From IMG/VR virus record IMGVR_UViG_3300013233_000235, positions 124,001 through 188,000 of that record: DNA of 64,000 bases; one strand, written 5' to 3'. Below, one piece after another: positions 10,292-20,869 of the stretch (positions are counted from its first letter, which is position 1; each line of letters begins with the position of its first letter). Position numbers and translations under genes: made by a program. The notes under the pieces were generated by a model. It did no database searches and had not been told where the DNA came from. It saw only the letters and a program-made list of their open reading frames with translations.

Positions 10292-11899
10292 ATGATGGGT
10301 ACAGACCTTATAAAAAGGCAGCTTAATGGTAGACCAAGATTTAACCGTACACTCGGTGAAGGTCTGGCTTACCACCAGAGTGCGGAACACGAACCTTATA
10401 TCCGTGAGGTATTATTCTGGCAGGCTGAGTCATGGCCTACAGGGATAAAATACCTCGGATGCAGAAGGGCCACACCAGAGGAGCAGTTAGCGGAAAACAC
10501 CAGACATAAGCGCAGAGCACGGGTATTTGATATACTACCCAGCGACGTGTACATGATGGTGCACTCATTTGAGTATAACGGGCACCCGTTAAAAGACCGC
10601 AATATGTTCATGTTGACGCAGGGCCGTGGGTCGATGTTTAGGCTAAAGGGTTCACTGTTTAAAGCTTCGCCTGTATTGGCGGATATCTTATTCACAGTAG
10701 AGCACGACATGATATACATGCCCATAATGAAGTCCAAACTTAGATTCTGGCGAATCTCAGTAGACTACATAGCCAACGGCACACCAATGGGGGTGGATGT
10801 CATACACTCGCCGATACATCACCTAGCAACCAAGGCTAGTCGGACAAACGCCATAGTGACCACACTCGTGCATTACTTAATGTGCAAACATGGTCTGGCA
10901 GGTGCTATTAAGCACTACACCGGCGCAGAAGTGGTTGTTGGAAATGCTGAGATTAATAAGGACACGTACCCACCTGAAGATTGGATGGTGTGCGAGTCCA
11001 CAGGGGTGGCTCCTAAACGCAAAGGTCGGGCGATGTATAGCCCTACTGATGTACGCATAGCTGTACCCATGGATGCTTACAGTCAAACTGTGGCGTCCAT
11101 GATTGGCGGTATTTTCTACGTTATTGATCACGAGCCTGATATGGTTACGGTCGATGCGGTGGAGGATGTCTATTTGTGGCGGCGTTTGCTGCCAAGGTTT
11201 ATCTTGAAGGAGATTGATTCCGAAAAGAAAGCCATGGATATGATGGATGCACACTTCGATTCCTTAGATACATACCTGGACATCATAACTGAGCGCAAGC
11301 TTAAAGATGCTGGGGTTGTTGCGACGAACGTGTTTGACCTGTTATATCACATCATCGATTCTTTTAGGATTAGGACACTGCGAGCCAAACCGGCGGACAT
11401 GTCGGACAAGTACCTGGAGACCACGCGGTTTCTGCTATTCGGTATTGTCTGCGCTATCACTGATATAGGTTTTGCCCTCAAGAAGTTGGTAAAATCCAAA
11501 GGTGATAGACTGGATCACGCGGCTATTGATAAGCTGCTAGGGATGAAATTCCCTATAGATGAAATAATGGATATCACGTCCGGACATGGCGAGGTGACAT
11601 CTGTCAGTAGCCCAAGTGACTCTCTGCTGATAGGCATAACCAAATCTATCATTCCACAGTCAAGGACAACGCAGGTACGTAAATCCAACAGTAAATCTGG
11701 TGAGATGAACAACCCCGCGAATGCACTTGACAAGACCCAGCTTATAGTTAGTGGGGCTTCACTAATAACCGCTTCTAATCCGAGTGGTAGATCTTCCCTT
11801 AATCACTTTTTGCAAATAGAAAGAGATGGGAAGGTTATTATACCAGACGAATTCAAAGAAGATTTGGACAAGTTTGGCAGGATGATTGAAGGGGATTAA
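10292..11899 (+). CDS. non-virion RNA polymerase beta-like subunit (phiKZ gp123-like)
   Basis: 535 aa; position between MCP and RuvC/portal; C-terminal NPSGRSSLNHF segment typical of this family. Confidence 0.75.
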   Translation: MMGTDLIKRQLNGRPRFNRTLGEGLAYHQSAEHEPYIREVLFWQAESWPTGIKYLGCRRATPEEQLAENTRHKRRARVFDILPSDVYMMVHSFEYNGHPLKDRNMFMLTQGRGSMFRLKGSLFKASPVLADILFTVEHDMIYMPIMKSKLRFWRISVDYIANGTPMGVDVIHSPIHHLATKASRTNAIVTTLVHYLMCKHGLAGAIKHYTGAEVVVGNAEINKDTYPPEDWMVCESTGVAPKRKGRAMYSPTDVRIAVPMDAYSQTVASMIGGIFYVIDHEPDMVTVDAVEDVYLWRRLLPRFILKEIDSEKKAMDMMDAHFDSLDTYLDIITERKLKDAGVVATNVFDLLYHIIDSFRIRTLRAKPADMSDKYLETTRFLLFGIVCAITDIGFALKKLVKSKGDRLDHAAIDKLLGMKFPIDEIMDITSGHGEVTSVSSPSDSLLIGITKSIIPQSRTTQVRKSNSKSGEMNNPANALDKTQLIVSGASLITASNPSGRSSLNHFLQIERDGKVIIPDEFKEDLDKFGRMIEGD

Positions 11900-11901
11900 C
11901 A

Positions 11902-12345
11902 ATGCAGTACAGGGATTACATATGGTTTTACAATGCCATTTTCTATCCAGAGCTTGTGGTCGACCAACGGACCAAGGCAGATAGAACGGTGTTGCGATTC
12001 TACGAGAATAGTATTGCAGCTATACACGGGTTACACCACTACGACTTATCCGAGGCGGATGCATCTGCTATAAAGAAGCATTTTGAAGACGAGAAGTACA
12101 GTGGTAGCGTGAGTACGGCCCTATGGAAAAACATCCGCACAGGTGCTTATGCGCACATGGGTAACGCTGGATTAAGCTTATCCGATGATGTAATTAGGTA
12201 CAGGGTGGAATCCATACTACTGGGCACGCTCTGGGATAACCGGTTACACCTACGGTTAACCTCGATGATACAACAAACTGCTAATTCCCAATCCATAAAG
12301 ATTGATAGGGATTACATGCGGGCAACGTCACAATCTAGTGACTAA
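11902..12345 (+). CDS. conserved hypothetical protein
   Basis: Tightly packed ORF with GGGG SD. Confidence 0.7.
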   Translation: MQYRDYIWFYNAIFYPELVVDQRTKADRTVLRFYENSIAAIHGLHHYDLSEADASAIKKHFEDEKYSGSVSTALWKNIRTGAYAHMGNAGLSLSDDVIRYRVESILLGTLWDNRLHLRLTSMIQQTANSQSIKIDRDYMRATSQSSD

Positions 12346-12360
12346 CTACAGGAGGGCACA

Positions 12361-13752
12361 ATGCCCCAATTACCGAACCTTGAACGAGACGGCTACGAAG
12401 GCCCCTATGAGCGCGAAGATGGCCATAGGGGGTTCTGTTACGTGGCAATGGATACCCAAGATATATATGAGGCTGAATCGCTTCTACAATCGCTTGGTTA
12501 TGGGGGGAGCGCCCCACAGCGTCACCGTGAACAGCCCCGCTACGACCGCCATGAGCACTATGATAGTTATGATGAGCGGCCAAGGGGTGGTCAACGCGGT
12601 CGCTCCTATAACGATCTGGACGGTGTTCAGGAGTCTCGCCCAGTGCGGCGCCGTAGCACCACGGCTAGCGAGGAGCTATCGTCTTACCGCGATAGTGAGC
12701 CGCAGTATGAAACACCGGTACGGGAAAGAGCACCCACTAATAAGCCAGCGCCACCGGCTGTTGGTAATGTGTCTGTGTACACATCACCCGATGATGGGCC
12801 TTACCTGGCACACCCCAAAGGGGATTTGACACACATCAAGCTTGAAACCGCAGTGGGTAACCACTTTTTCATATATGAAGGGGAATACGAGATGAACAGA
12901 AGCGAGCACGTTACGGCCGAGAAGATGGCGACAAGGGCCATTCCAATGGATGATGTTCTGGCCAAGGGTGCCACAGTGTACGACACAGCCGGCAATGTAA
13001 AACCTGGGGTAGCCACCAATATCTTCGAGGCAACGTCTATCCAAGAGCTGGCGGTTAACATAGCCGCATGTCTATCTGGGGATGTTGGTTCATGCATTGG
13101 ACAAACCGCCACGTTCATAGGCACCGCCCCAGCATCAACGGGCTTTGTAAAAGCCTTTTCTGAAAACCCAAATAGCACGGCGGACCTGCTACGCTGGGTT
13201 GAGTCTCTCAATGCCGGAGAGTTCGGCAACATTAAAGCTGAGGCCTATGCCATCGCTGCGGTAAATAGGTACCTGATGGAGGGGCTAAAGAACATATGCG
13301 TTCACAACATGGGTACTGACGTCGAATTCGAAGGTGATTTCCTAGAAGAGTTCGCGGATATGGTGGAGCACTATACCAGTGGCACCCGTGATACCGAGTT
13401 TTACAAGCTGGTAAATGAGTTTGTAAAATATGCAGTTACCCCATCTGTGGTAGAAAGCACTATGGGTGATGTGACCACAGAGGTGTTATGCTTGAACAAG
13501 CGCTCATTATACACCCACTATGATACCACAGCCATCCTCTCAAACACGACTTTGGGCATCGTGTCCGGGGATATTTACCCCGATCTTCGTAAGGCTTGTA
13601 TCGCTGCTGCTGAGAAGGCACACACAGCTGACGTAGAGAGCGATGGTTTCTATGTCACCGATGGTGGGATGATTACACTTGAGATTCGTCGAACATCGGC
13701 GGCCTCTTTCAACACCGCGATTTATCGCATCGTTAAGATCATCACATCTTGA
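12361..13752 (+). CDS. hypothetical protein with disordered R/E/D-rich N-terminus
   Basis: 463-aa ORF, AGGAGG SD. Confidence 0.75.
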   Translation: MPQLPNLERDGYEGPYEREDGHRGFCYVAMDTQDIYEAESLLQSLGYGGSAPQRHREQPRYDRHEHYDSYDERPRGGQRGRSYNDLDGVQESRPVRRRSTTASEELSSYRDSEPQYETPVRERAPTNKPAPPAVGNVSVYTSPDDGPYLAHPKGDLTHIKLETAVGNHFFIYEGEYEMNRSEHVTAEKMATRAIPMDDVLAKGATVYDTAGNVKPGVATNIFEATSIQELAVNIAACLSGDVGSCIGQTATFIGTAPASTGFVKAFSENPNSTADLLRWVESLNAGEFGNIKAEAYAIAAVNRYLMEGLKNICVHNMGTDVEFEGDFLEEFADMVEHYTSGTRDTEFYKLVNEFVKYAVTPSVVESTMGDVTTEVLCLNKRSLYTHYDTTAILSNTTLGIVSGDIYPDLRKACIAAAEKAHTADVESDGFYVTDGGMITLEIRRTSAASFNTAIYRIVKIITS

Positions 13753-13767
13753 ATGTGAGCTGACATG

Positions 13768-13806
13768 AATAACCCCGGACTTAATTGCCCGGGGTTATTT
13801 TTTTTT
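13768..13806. terminator. bidirectional terminator
   Basis: AATAACCCCGG/CCGGGGTTATT plus T-tract between convergent genes. Confidence 0.8.
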
Positions 13807-14260
13807 ACCGTAATAACATAAAAAGGTTAATAAGCTCATCCATGCGCAAGTAGTGATCAGCCGATAAATATGTGTACGCGCCATACACGCCAATGGTTAT
13901 AACCCCGATAACTATAGTTAGGTAGGGCAAAAATCCAGTAGTATCGCGTACGGGCTTAGGCATGTGCACCCTATAATCCCGCCTATGTGTGCGGGGGGCG
14001 GGTTTAACCCCCCGCTTACCTAAGTCCATAAACAGACCTACCAACACTGCCACAATCGACAATGTAACCAGCGCAATAGAGAATAGCTCAGTGGCTAGCA
14101 ACTCACCTATGTATAGTTTACCATGCAGTGTGTAGACCAGCGTTGGAGGGTTAAGCATAGACTCCGTTAGCGCAAGGAAGCGCTCTTCATCGGATAACGG
14201 GTGTATCACCAACCCAGCCACGCCCACTGTGGAACTCACCGCATATATTGGCTGCGCCAT
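13805..14260 (-). CDS. membrane protein (two TM segments)
   Basis: Two hydrophobic stretches; coupled to ruvC. Confidence 0.7.
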   Translation of the reverse strand: MAQPIYAVSSTVGVAGLVIHPLSDEERFLALTESMLNPPTLVYTLHGKLYIGELLATELFSIALVTLSIVAVLVGLFMDLGKRGVKPAPRTHRRDYRVHMPKPVRDTTGFLPYLTIVIGVITIGVYGAYTYLSADHYLRMDELINLFMLLR

Positions 14261-14835
14261 TATAATACTCCTATATTTGCTGCGCGGTATTTATCAACAC
14301 CCCACATGCCCACACAGATGGCATCAATGGCATCTGGTCCCAAGGTGTCAACATATGACGGGTATGTGACATCTGTACGCCGCAATACCGCATCACGCAT
14401 CAGCCCCTTTACGCTGCTATTCCCATGTACGCCCATATGCCTCTTCACCTCAGTGGGACTAACCCTGTAAAAGTTAACAAGGTCGTCCCACCGCATGGTC
14501 CGGATAGACAGTTCATACACAACCTCCGACAACACCTGATATGCTGTGGGGAAACTACCGCTAAATGGGGCCTCGGAACACACGACCGTAGGTTCCCAAT
14601 CCTCCAGATATCTGGAGAACTCTTCACCATATGCCTGCATCACAGACTCACGATCGCCGATGCGTGCACCGGGGCGGCTATAATTACCAAGGACAGCCTT
14701 CCTTGTTAAGGTGGCTGCATGAATCACATTGATGGTACCGCTATCCAGACCATAGTCCGTTACAGCGATACCCATTAATGTGGTGCCCGGATCTATTGAT
14801 AGTATCCGAACTCTTTCTTGAAAGGGGGTGTACAT
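14260..14835 (-). CDS. ruvC: RuvC-like Holliday junction resolvase
   Basis: ILSIDPGT, VCSEAPF, VSPTEVK, DAIDAI motifs. Confidence 0.9.
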   Translation of the reverse strand: MYTPFQERVRILSIDPGTTLMGIAVTDYGLDSGTINVIHAATLTRKAVLGNYSRPGARIGDRESVMQAYGEEFSRYLEDWEPTVVCSEAPFSGSFPTAYQVLSEVVYELSIRTMRWDDLVNFYRVSPTEVKRHMGVHGNSSVKGLMRDAVLRRTDVTYPSYVDTLGPDAIDAICVGMWGVDKYRAANIGVL

Positions 14836-14880
14836 TACGCACTCCTAGTTAATGCATTATACCCTTTCCATATCCGACAC

Positions 14881-15717
14881 CTACGGCGTGTAAGGTGTAA
14901 CAGTCCCTGTTGAATATTCAATGTCGAAGCCACTGGAGCTCGCTATTGGTAATAAAACGCTGGTTGGTATATGCAGATCGATCTGGGCAAGAATTGCCTC
15001 AGTGTATGTGATATTGATCCCACCCAGAGTGCTATTGACCTGGGTTGGTATAGCGCTAACCATGCCCACTTCGGATAGGTTGGCGTAACTCGCATCGCCG
15101 AATAATGCAATGCACGCTGCGACCATCTCGGTAACATCCACAGAATTGAACGGGATCACCCCGGGGGTCTGAACACTAATGTGCGACCCAGATACGACGT
15201 TCAGTTCAACATTGCTGAGAGCCCGAATGGATGGGTCCAGTTGGCCAGGCGTTGGCTGGTATGGGGTAACTACGGGTACATCGTCCACAATCGTTTGGAT
15301 GTCAATAGCTGGGGTGGAGGGTGTCACAGCCACGCGTTTAAGGTAGTACAGGAACTGCTCAACACCACCCGTGTTCACCAGCACCCTACCGGCATACCCT
15401 TCCCGCTCAACAGCTGTCAGATCGTCGTTAATGGGCCTGGCGATGAATGGGATGTGTTCAAACAAGGCCGCATCGGTGGGCTCATGGCTAGCGACATCCG
15501 TTTTCAGTCTGCCATTTGTATCAGCAATGGCCCGAAACCCGCCCCTGCCAGCAGCTATATAGCTGATAACCGGATAGGCGTATTCAGGGGTGGCCACGTC
15601 AGTGTATAACCCCCACTTCTCATTTAGGGTGCCAAACTCCAATGGTCTGTATGGTAAATGGTTATCGCGCAGTTGCTCAGCGTTGCTAGCATAAATAGTT
15701 TTAACTGTGTCGTACAT
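14881..15717 (-). CDS. virion structural protein (phiKZ gp127-like)
   Basis: TLNEK, HIPF..RP..DDL motifs; synteny. Confidence 0.7.
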   Translation of the reverse strand: MYDTVKTIYASNAEQLRDNHLPYRPLEFGTLNEKWGLYTDVATPEYAYPVISYIAAGRGGFRAIADTNGRLKTDVASHEPTDAALFEHIPFIARPINDDLTAVEREGYAGRVLVNTGGVEQFLYYLKRVAVTPSTPAIDIQTIVDDVPVVTPYQPTPGQLDPSIRALSNVELNVVSGSHISVQTPGVIPFNSVDVTEMVAACIALFGDASYANLSEVGMVSAIPTQVNSTLGGINITYTEAILAQIDLHIPTSVLLPIASSSGFDIEYSTGTVTPYTP

Positions 15718-15727
15718 GTCTGTGCCT

Positions 15728-17785
15728 TTATCGGATGGTTGTTATTGAACGACCCATATTGGCCGTCGCTGGGGACATCGGTGCCACGTATGTTATCTTG
15801 CCGGTACTCGTTACGGTGGTACCACTATCAATAGATACATGGTACCCTATAATAACACGGCTATTACCAATGGCCTTGTTATTTGGACGCTTAGCGGTCA
15901 CGATCGGGCGCAGGGATGCCTTCGTATGACCCTGTGCACTCAATACAAAATGTTTTGTGCTGATGGAAGTGGTGGTGCCCATACTGTGGCTGCCACGTCG
16001 GACATCCCTGGTGGTATGGCCTAACCCTGCACCCTCATTGAATATAAGGCCATAGCTAGTGAGTTCCCTGAGTAACTCCACCAACCGCTTGTTACCGACT
16101 TTTATACCGTCAGAGGTTATCTCCAGACCGGTGAACACCTTGAGGGCCTTCAACGCAATACCACCTAGGTCCCTGACGGGGGTGTCGGCCAGAGACACAT
16201 TCAGCTTAGCAGCCCAATCCACATATGTTGTACCACTGGGAACCATGTCAATACTAACCGGGGGGTATACAGCGTCGTGGGTGGCCATGATGCGACTACG
16301 CTGGTATGCGTTCGCGCTACCCGCTACAAGCGTGTGCATCTTGTAACCGGATAGCCGCCACGCCTGCGTTACGCGGGTAAGGTCTGCCGGTGAACTAACA
16401 ACCCCCATCACCACCTGTAAACTTGCTATATGTTCAGCCAGTGGTAATCCCACAAGGTGGGCATTTATATCGGCCCCATTCAAAAAACGAGCAGATGGGG
16501 CAGTCGGCAGGATTAGCGGGGGTACCACCGTATTAACATCCCCGCCGGATACCAGTAGTGATATATACATCATCAAAACAAATCCGTCTGCCGTGGTTAG
16601 CATTAGGTCTTCGCGTTGCGGTAACTGTACTGGGTATGCCCCCGGGTATAGGCCGGCGCCGGCGTGCGCCCCCCACGACATCATGATGGCCGAATCCTCG
16701 GACATGTAACCATCCAGCGGGCTGTACTCGGCTGTGACGTCGATAATACCCGTTGGCACGCTATCGCCCGTGGTCGCCACAAGGTTGCGCTGGATCTTAT
16801 TTAGATCTTCGTCCACATATGGTGCGTTGCTAGGATACGTGGATATCAAATCCTGGTACAACTTAACTAGGGGGACTATGGTTTTTTCACCCCCTCTCAT
16901 AGGCTGCTTAACAACCACCGGTGTGGTTTTTCTACTACCCATCAGTGCGGACTCATCCTGACTAAGATCATATCGGGACAAAGTTAAGCCAGACGGCCCC
17001 ACTATATGCTTAACTAATAGATCTAGGGTCGAAGCTTTGCCAACATTATACCTAATGTATCGGATGTTACGGTATAAAAACAATAGCTGGTCGTTTGACA
17101 AATAGGGCATGTATTTATCAAGACCGGCTTCGCTGGCTAACCGCGCCGCCATGTGCCAAGTGGATACCTCTAGGGTACCCATGGTTTCCACCCTGCGGGC
17201 GGCGATAATATTTGGCAAATGTATGTAAAGAATACCATACATCGAGGCCAGATATAGTGGATCGGTAACCATGTATGCGGGCACGTTCCAGCGCACAGAA
17301 TAACCCTTTAACCACCTGTTAAGATATCTTATTAGACCTGACTCGGAGGCACCTATGTACGCTGGATCATGGTAGAGTATCGTAAAATCGTCAGCGGCAA
17401 TCGCCACATCCACATCCACTGGCCAAAACGCCCTAACCAGCACACCCCTATTGGCAGGGTTGGCTGTAATGAGCTCCCGGTGATATATACCACCGGGGCC
17501 GTACTCAGCTCTAGTGATCGGGTGGTCGGCAAGAGTAGCCGCATCCAAACGCATGAGGCTTTTGGTATCAGAAGAGATAATTGTAACCGGGGTATCAGTC
17601 GGATGATACATGCCAGATAAATTCAAGTAGTACTTCCAATCACGTGGGTCAGTTGATATGACGTAACCCATGGACTCTAGATAATCGTTTTGCTGCTCTA
17701 TAATGTGCTCTGATTTTATAACCAGGCTTCTGGCTAGTGCAATGCAAGAACCCATATATGTTCGGTAATTGGTATCCACACGCAT
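15728..17785 (-). CDS. virion structural protein (phiKZ gp128-like)
   Basis: WKYYLNLSG.YH and QLLFLYRNIRYI..NVGK..TL motifs; synteny. Confidence 0.7.
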   Translation of the reverse strand: MRVDTNYRTYMGSCIALARSLVIKSEHIIEQQNDYLESMGYVISTDPRDWKYYLNLSGMYHPTDTPVTIISSDTKSLMRLDAATLADHPITRAEYGPGGIYHRELITANPANRGVLVRAFWPVDVDVAIAADDFTILYHDPAYIGASESGLIRYLNRWLKGYSVRWNVPAYMVTDPLYLASMYGILYIHLPNIIAARRVETMGTLEVSTWHMAARLASEAGLDKYMPYLSNDQLLFLYRNIRYIRYNVGKASTLDLLVKHIVGPSGLTLSRYDLSQDESALMGSRKTTPVVVKQPMRGGEKTIVPLVKLYQDLISTYPSNAPYVDEDLNKIQRNLVATTGDSVPTGIIDVTAEYSPLDGYMSEDSAIMMSWGAHAGAGLYPGAYPVQLPQREDLMLTTADGFVLMMYISLLVSGGDVNTVVPPLILPTAPSARFLNGADINAHLVGLPLAEHIASLQVVMGVVSSPADLTRVTQAWRLSGYKMHTLVAGSANAYQRSRIMATHDAVYPPVSIDMVPSGTTYVDWAAKLNVSLADTPVRDLGGIALKALKVFTGLEITSDGIKVGNKRLVELLRELTSYGLIFNEGAGLGHTTRDVRRGSHSMGTTTSISTKHFVLSAQGHTKASLRPIVTAKRPNNKAIGNSRVIIGYHVSIDSGTTVTSTGKITYVAPMSPATANMGRSITTIR

Positions 17786-17846
17786 ACTCCTGTATGGGTT
17801 AATGGTATCATAATATTCTTAACTAACCCAACCACGGTGACCTTAT

Positions 17847-20288
17847 ATGAAATCCAAACGGGATCGGAATAAACACGTCAAGACGGCGGTCAAGGCAAAG
17901 GGGCTTATACAAAGCATCGCTATCCCCGCTGACATTTATAGTGATAGGGCTATAGCGGCCAGCAGGCATAAAACTAAACCCTCGCGGGGTGGGCCATCTA
18001 ATCTAGATAAGCTTTTAAAAAGGGCATCTGAAAGGGTGGGTGATAATGCAGCCTTAATGGATTTACTACCCGATATGGAGTTGCTGCAAGAAATTATTGT
18101 ATCTGGCATAATGTCCCCTAAAGACATGATGACCAATGCGATGAACCTATCACTTACCCCGCTGCGGAGTACAGATGTGCGATATTCCACAGACTTGGAG
18201 GGTAAGCTGCGGGAGTTTTTCACCACGGATGGCGGGTACAACATTAAAGCCAAGGTGCAGATCATCTTAGAGGAGGCACTGTTTAGATACGGCAGTTATA
18301 CGCTTGTATGTTTGCCAGTAAATCAGCTTGCCAAAATGGCCGCTGAAGAGAATGCCCGCGATGCCGACCGTAAAAAGATGTATGGCGCCACCGAGAAAGT
18401 AACCCACGGGTATCAGGGCATCATGGGTACCGCCCCGAGACTGATCACCGGCGATACCATCGATTTCGGTATAACTGTGACGGAGGATGCCACATACCTA
18501 GGGTCTAGCAATGTTGATACAGCCACGGCTGACCGCTTTGTGGACGTCCCCGGCTTCCAAGCCATGTTCGATAAGTCCGTATTAACACTCATGCCCAATG
18601 GGGCCGATGCGGTCGACGGCGATACACACCCCATGGTGATAAAGATACCGGCGGATGCACTTCTGCCAGTCGTCAATCCATATGAGGTGGATGAACCGGT
18701 CGGATACTGGGTACCCATATCCCCAAAAACATCGATGCCCATAACCCGCACCCGCAAAGACCGTAGCAATAAATTGCTAGATGCCGCGAAGAAGGCCGGT
18801 AAAGATGGTCCACTGGGCGATATGTTTAAGGTTTCAGGACTGGCTACTAATAAATCTAAGCTTGAGGATGTTGATAACGAGGAGTTGTTTATCAACTTTG
18901 AGCGATACCTAGATACACAACTAGCCAGGCAATTGAACGAGAAGGGTGCCGTTGGAGAAGAGCTTGAGGTCGGTAGTAGCAACGACGTATATCGGAGTGT
19001 ATTCCGGAGAACACTCAAGTCCATGGAGACGCGGTTCCTGTACCTTCCCGCCGAGTTAGTTACATGTGTGGCTGTTAAGTACACAGCCGATGGAATGGGT
19101 AAGTCGTTACTGGAGGCCGGCAAGACATATGGTATCCTTAGAGCGGTCTTATTGTTTTCCCGTGTAATGGCCAGCGTGAAGAATTCTGTTGGCCGCACCC
19201 GACTGGAAATAACCCTGGAAGAAGACGAGGAGAATCCCTCCGAGACAATCGAGGCCATACTACAAAACTACGCAGGATATCAGAGTGATATGTTGCCAAT
19301 GGGTAGCATGAGTATGCCTGACATTGCCCAATCATTAAGACGTGCTGGGGTTGAGGTGGCTGTCGATGGGGGGGATAACTGGCCAAACACCAAGACTGAT
19401 ATTGTCGAAGCGGCAAGATCCGGGTACGTACCCGATGAATCCATTTTGGAAGAACTGACCGCCTTGCAGTACAAGTCATTTGCACTAGACCCGAATATAC
19501 TGGAGGATGTCATATCCGGTGATACCGCCACACGGGTGTTGATTAAGAATAACCTGTTAACCAAGATCCTGGTGGGCTTATCCACTAAGGTGTCAGCCCA
19601 CCTGACCCGACATGTGCGACAGTATACCAGAGCTTCAGGGGTGCTTACCAAAATCGTGCGTGATAGTTTGGAGGGCAGTGCCACTAGCGCAGATGTGCTG
19701 AGTGTTATAAATAGCATCACTGTCACTCTACCGGAGCCGGATGGCGCCCGAATAGAAAGTCATACCGAGGTCTATGAAAAGTACAGCTCGATGATAGACG
19801 ATGTTGTTGAGGCGCACATCACCGAGGATATGATGTCTGAGTTGATGGATGGCGATATAGACTCAGGCGTGATAGAGTCACTGCAAATCTCGGTGGCTGC
19901 CCATCTTAAACGGGAGTGGATGCGTAAACAGAATGTGATGAACGATGTTACGGAGCTACTGTCCGATACCAAGGGTCTAGCCTCGGCCATATCCTCTCAC
20001 AACAACGATATATTCAGCATGCTCAAGCCGGTGTTGCTTAGAGCTATGAAGGGTAATAGCAAACTTGATAAAGCCGCCGCCAAGTTGGAGGATAAACTTA
20101 GCAACGAGGAAGAGGATAACGAAGATACAGAATCGAGCGGGAATGAATCCACAGATGAAACGGGTGGTGGAGAGCCAGATGACACCAACCCACCGGATGA
20201 AACGGGTGGTGGAGAGCCAGATGACACCAACCCACCGGATGAAACGGGTGGTGACGGCATGAGCGGCGATGGCCCACCGGACTTATAG
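17847..20288 (+). CDS. portal protein (phiKZ gp129-like) with acidic C-terminal tail
   Basis: 813 aa; LLPDMEL..EIIVS.IMSPKD motif; divergent from gp128-like gene as in phiKZ. Confidence 0.8.
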   Translation: MKSKRDRNKHVKTAVKAKGLIQSIAIPADIYSDRAIAASRHKTKPSRGGPSNLDKLLKRASERVGDNAALMDLLPDMELLQEIIVSGIMSPKDMMTNAMNLSLTPLRSTDVRYSTDLEGKLREFFTTDGGYNIKAKVQIILEEALFRYGSYTLVCLPVNQLAKMAAEENARDADRKKMYGATEKVTHGYQGIMGTAPRLITGDTIDFGITVTEDATYLGSSNVDTATADRFVDVPGFQAMFDKSVLTLMPNGADAVDGDTHPMVIKIPADALLPVVNPYEVDEPVGYWVPISPKTSMPITRTRKDRSNKLLDAAKKAGKDGPLGDMFKVSGLATNKSKLEDVDNEELFINFERYLDTQLARQLNEKGAVGEELEVGSSNDVYRSVFRRTLKSMETRFLYLPAELVTCVAVKYTADGMGKSLLEAGKTYGILRAVLLFSRVMASVKNSVGRTRLEITLEEDEENPSETIEAILQNYAGYQSDMLPMGSMSMPDIAQSLRRAGVEVAVDGGDNWPNTKTDIVEAARSGYVPDESILEELTALQYKSFALDPNILEDVISGDTATRVLIKNNLLTKILVGLSTKVSAHLTRHVRQYTRASGVLTKIVRDSLEGSATSADVLSVINSITVTLPEPDGARIESHTEVYEKYSSMIDDVVEAHITEDMMSELMDGDIDSGVIESLQISVAAHLKREWMRKQNVMNDVTELLSDTKGLASAISSHNNDIFSMLKPVLLRAMKGNSKLDKAAAKLEDKLSNEEEDNEDTESSGNESTDETGGGEPDDTNPPDETGGGEPDDTNPPDETGGDGMSGDGPPDL
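20154..20253 (+). repeat. 42-bp tandem repeat (about 2.4 copies), unit DETGGGEPDDTNPP
   Basis: Two exact 42-bp units plus a partial third, read directly. Confidence 0.95.
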
Positions 20289-20291
20289 GGG

Positions 20292-20396
20292 ATGGCAATG
20301 GTAATCAGATGTACGGGATTTAACTGGCCCCTCATTACGGTGCTAATTACGCTGGTCACCAGCGTCATACTGGTCATAGAGTGGGGACGTTGGTAG
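20292..20396 (+). CDS. 34-aa single-TM micro-protein (MAMVIRCTGFNWPLITVLITLVTSVILVIEWGRW)
   Basis: Manual translation; GGGG SD right after the portal stop. Confidence 0.45.
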   Translation: MAMVIRCTGFNWPLITVLITLVTSVILVIEWGRW

Positions 20397-20869
20397 CCCC
20401 CTCAGGTGATCATATTGCCGCCGTTGACCAGTTTGGTGATAATGTGATCCTCTACAATACGGTCAGTCGTACGTACCGCATACTGGCCCCCCGGCTGGGT
20501 AATTATACCGTCCTGTGGGAGGGTGACGACCCATCCGAGCCACCAGCCCGCGCGGCTGATGGGGTGATCATAAGTTCAACTGGGGATGCCTTCGCAACAC
20601 TGTATATGTGCGGCCGTGGTATACGCATGGTTAGGGTGGTCAATATGCACACGGGTGGTGATACATTATCCACCGCCTATCTAACTACGGGTGACCCACC
20701 ACTGAATCGGATTATTTTATACGGGGATGGGTCAGTAGGGCTCATTGGGTCTGAGGCCACCTACCCGTATATCGGCACCGGCCCATTGTGCCGGCGATAT
20801 ATGCACAAGTGGTTTTTACCACTTATATCTTTGGGTGTATTTTTTTATAGGACAGGGTGGACTTTATGA
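20381..20869 (+). CDS. hypothetical beta-rich protein
   Basis: GTG-start ORF in a packed operon. Confidence 0.55.
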   Translation: MGTLVAPSGDHIAAVDQFGDNVILYNTVSRTYRILAPRLGNYTVLWEGDDPSEPPARAADGVIISSTGDAFATLYMCGRGIRMVRVVNMHTGGDTLSTAYLTTGDPPLNRIILYGDGSVGLIGSEATYPYIGTGPLCRRYMHKWFLPLISLGVFFYRTGWTL

